Shown piece by piece: positions 63,607 to 64,000 of a stretch of DNA of 64,000 bases. The position numbers and the translations under genes were made by a program. This stretch comes from Heterodontus francisci (Eukaryota), in contig NC_090384.1 of NCBI RefSeq assembly GCF_036365525.1, positions 71,323,715-71,387,714 of the forward strand, read 5' to 3'. A model generated the notes under the pieces. The model was not told the DNA's origin and did no database searches. It saw nothing but the letters and a program-made list of their open reading frames with translations. The stretch's first letter is position 1, and each line of letters begins with the position of its first letter.

Positions 63607-64000
63607 CACATGTACCCTTTTTTTGTAGTTTAGTTCAAGCATTGACTTTTATTCATAATTCATCCAGTTCATTTCATATTTCTTCGCTGTTCCCTCCATG
63701 AGCGTGACACAATGCTGAAGCATTATCAATATATACACTCTATGCATTGATTTTCTTTAAATACAGCCTGGACATTGTAGAGAACAAAACTGGCCTGGCT
63801 ATTTAAGTTGGCTGTAATATGTGTTGTGTAGAGTCTTTAAATGAAGTTAAGCTTTGTAAGTGACTGAAATGTAAACTAATGTGCCTTTTAAAAAAAAAAA
63901 TGACATTTTAGTAATTGATTGCATCCCTAACTAATTTACTTCGGGAACATGGATATTTTCACTTCTGTATTGAGGCTCTCCTTTCGTGACACTTTGATTT

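Overview
Vertebrate genomic DNA, almost certainly from a cartilaginous fish (it carries HE1-type V-SINEs, DeuSINE-like elements and shark-type CR1 LINEs). It covers the RAG2 half of the RAG locus. An intact single-exon RAG2 CDS (518 aa) lies on the minus strand at 7642-9198; RAG1 is expected convergently, left of the window. On the plus strand I reconstruct by hand the 5' part of IFTAP (C11orf74/NWC), which the ORF track misses. It has a CpG-rich ZNF143/RFX promoter with a probable non-coding exon 1 near 23.9 kb, and coding exons at 52483-52612 and 56782-56918, the latter ending at a GC donor. Most of the rest is decayed, often nested transposons: CR1, L2 and RTE LINEs, solo LTRs, hAT MITEs, Harbinger relics and Penelope-like pieces. 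The best leads are: (1) a local 5'-transduction of a SINE plus flank from 33.7 kb to 50.4 kb; (2) a TIR/TSD-bounded hAT element encoding a CGGBP1-like protein; (3) a single-ORF LINE with a tRNA-like head, seen in two copies; (4) two full ZNF143 motifs and candidate RAG2 exon-1/promoter modules inside IFTAP intron 1; (5) an expanded CDK-site cluster in the RAG2 tail. Homology calls come from remembered sequences, not database searches.
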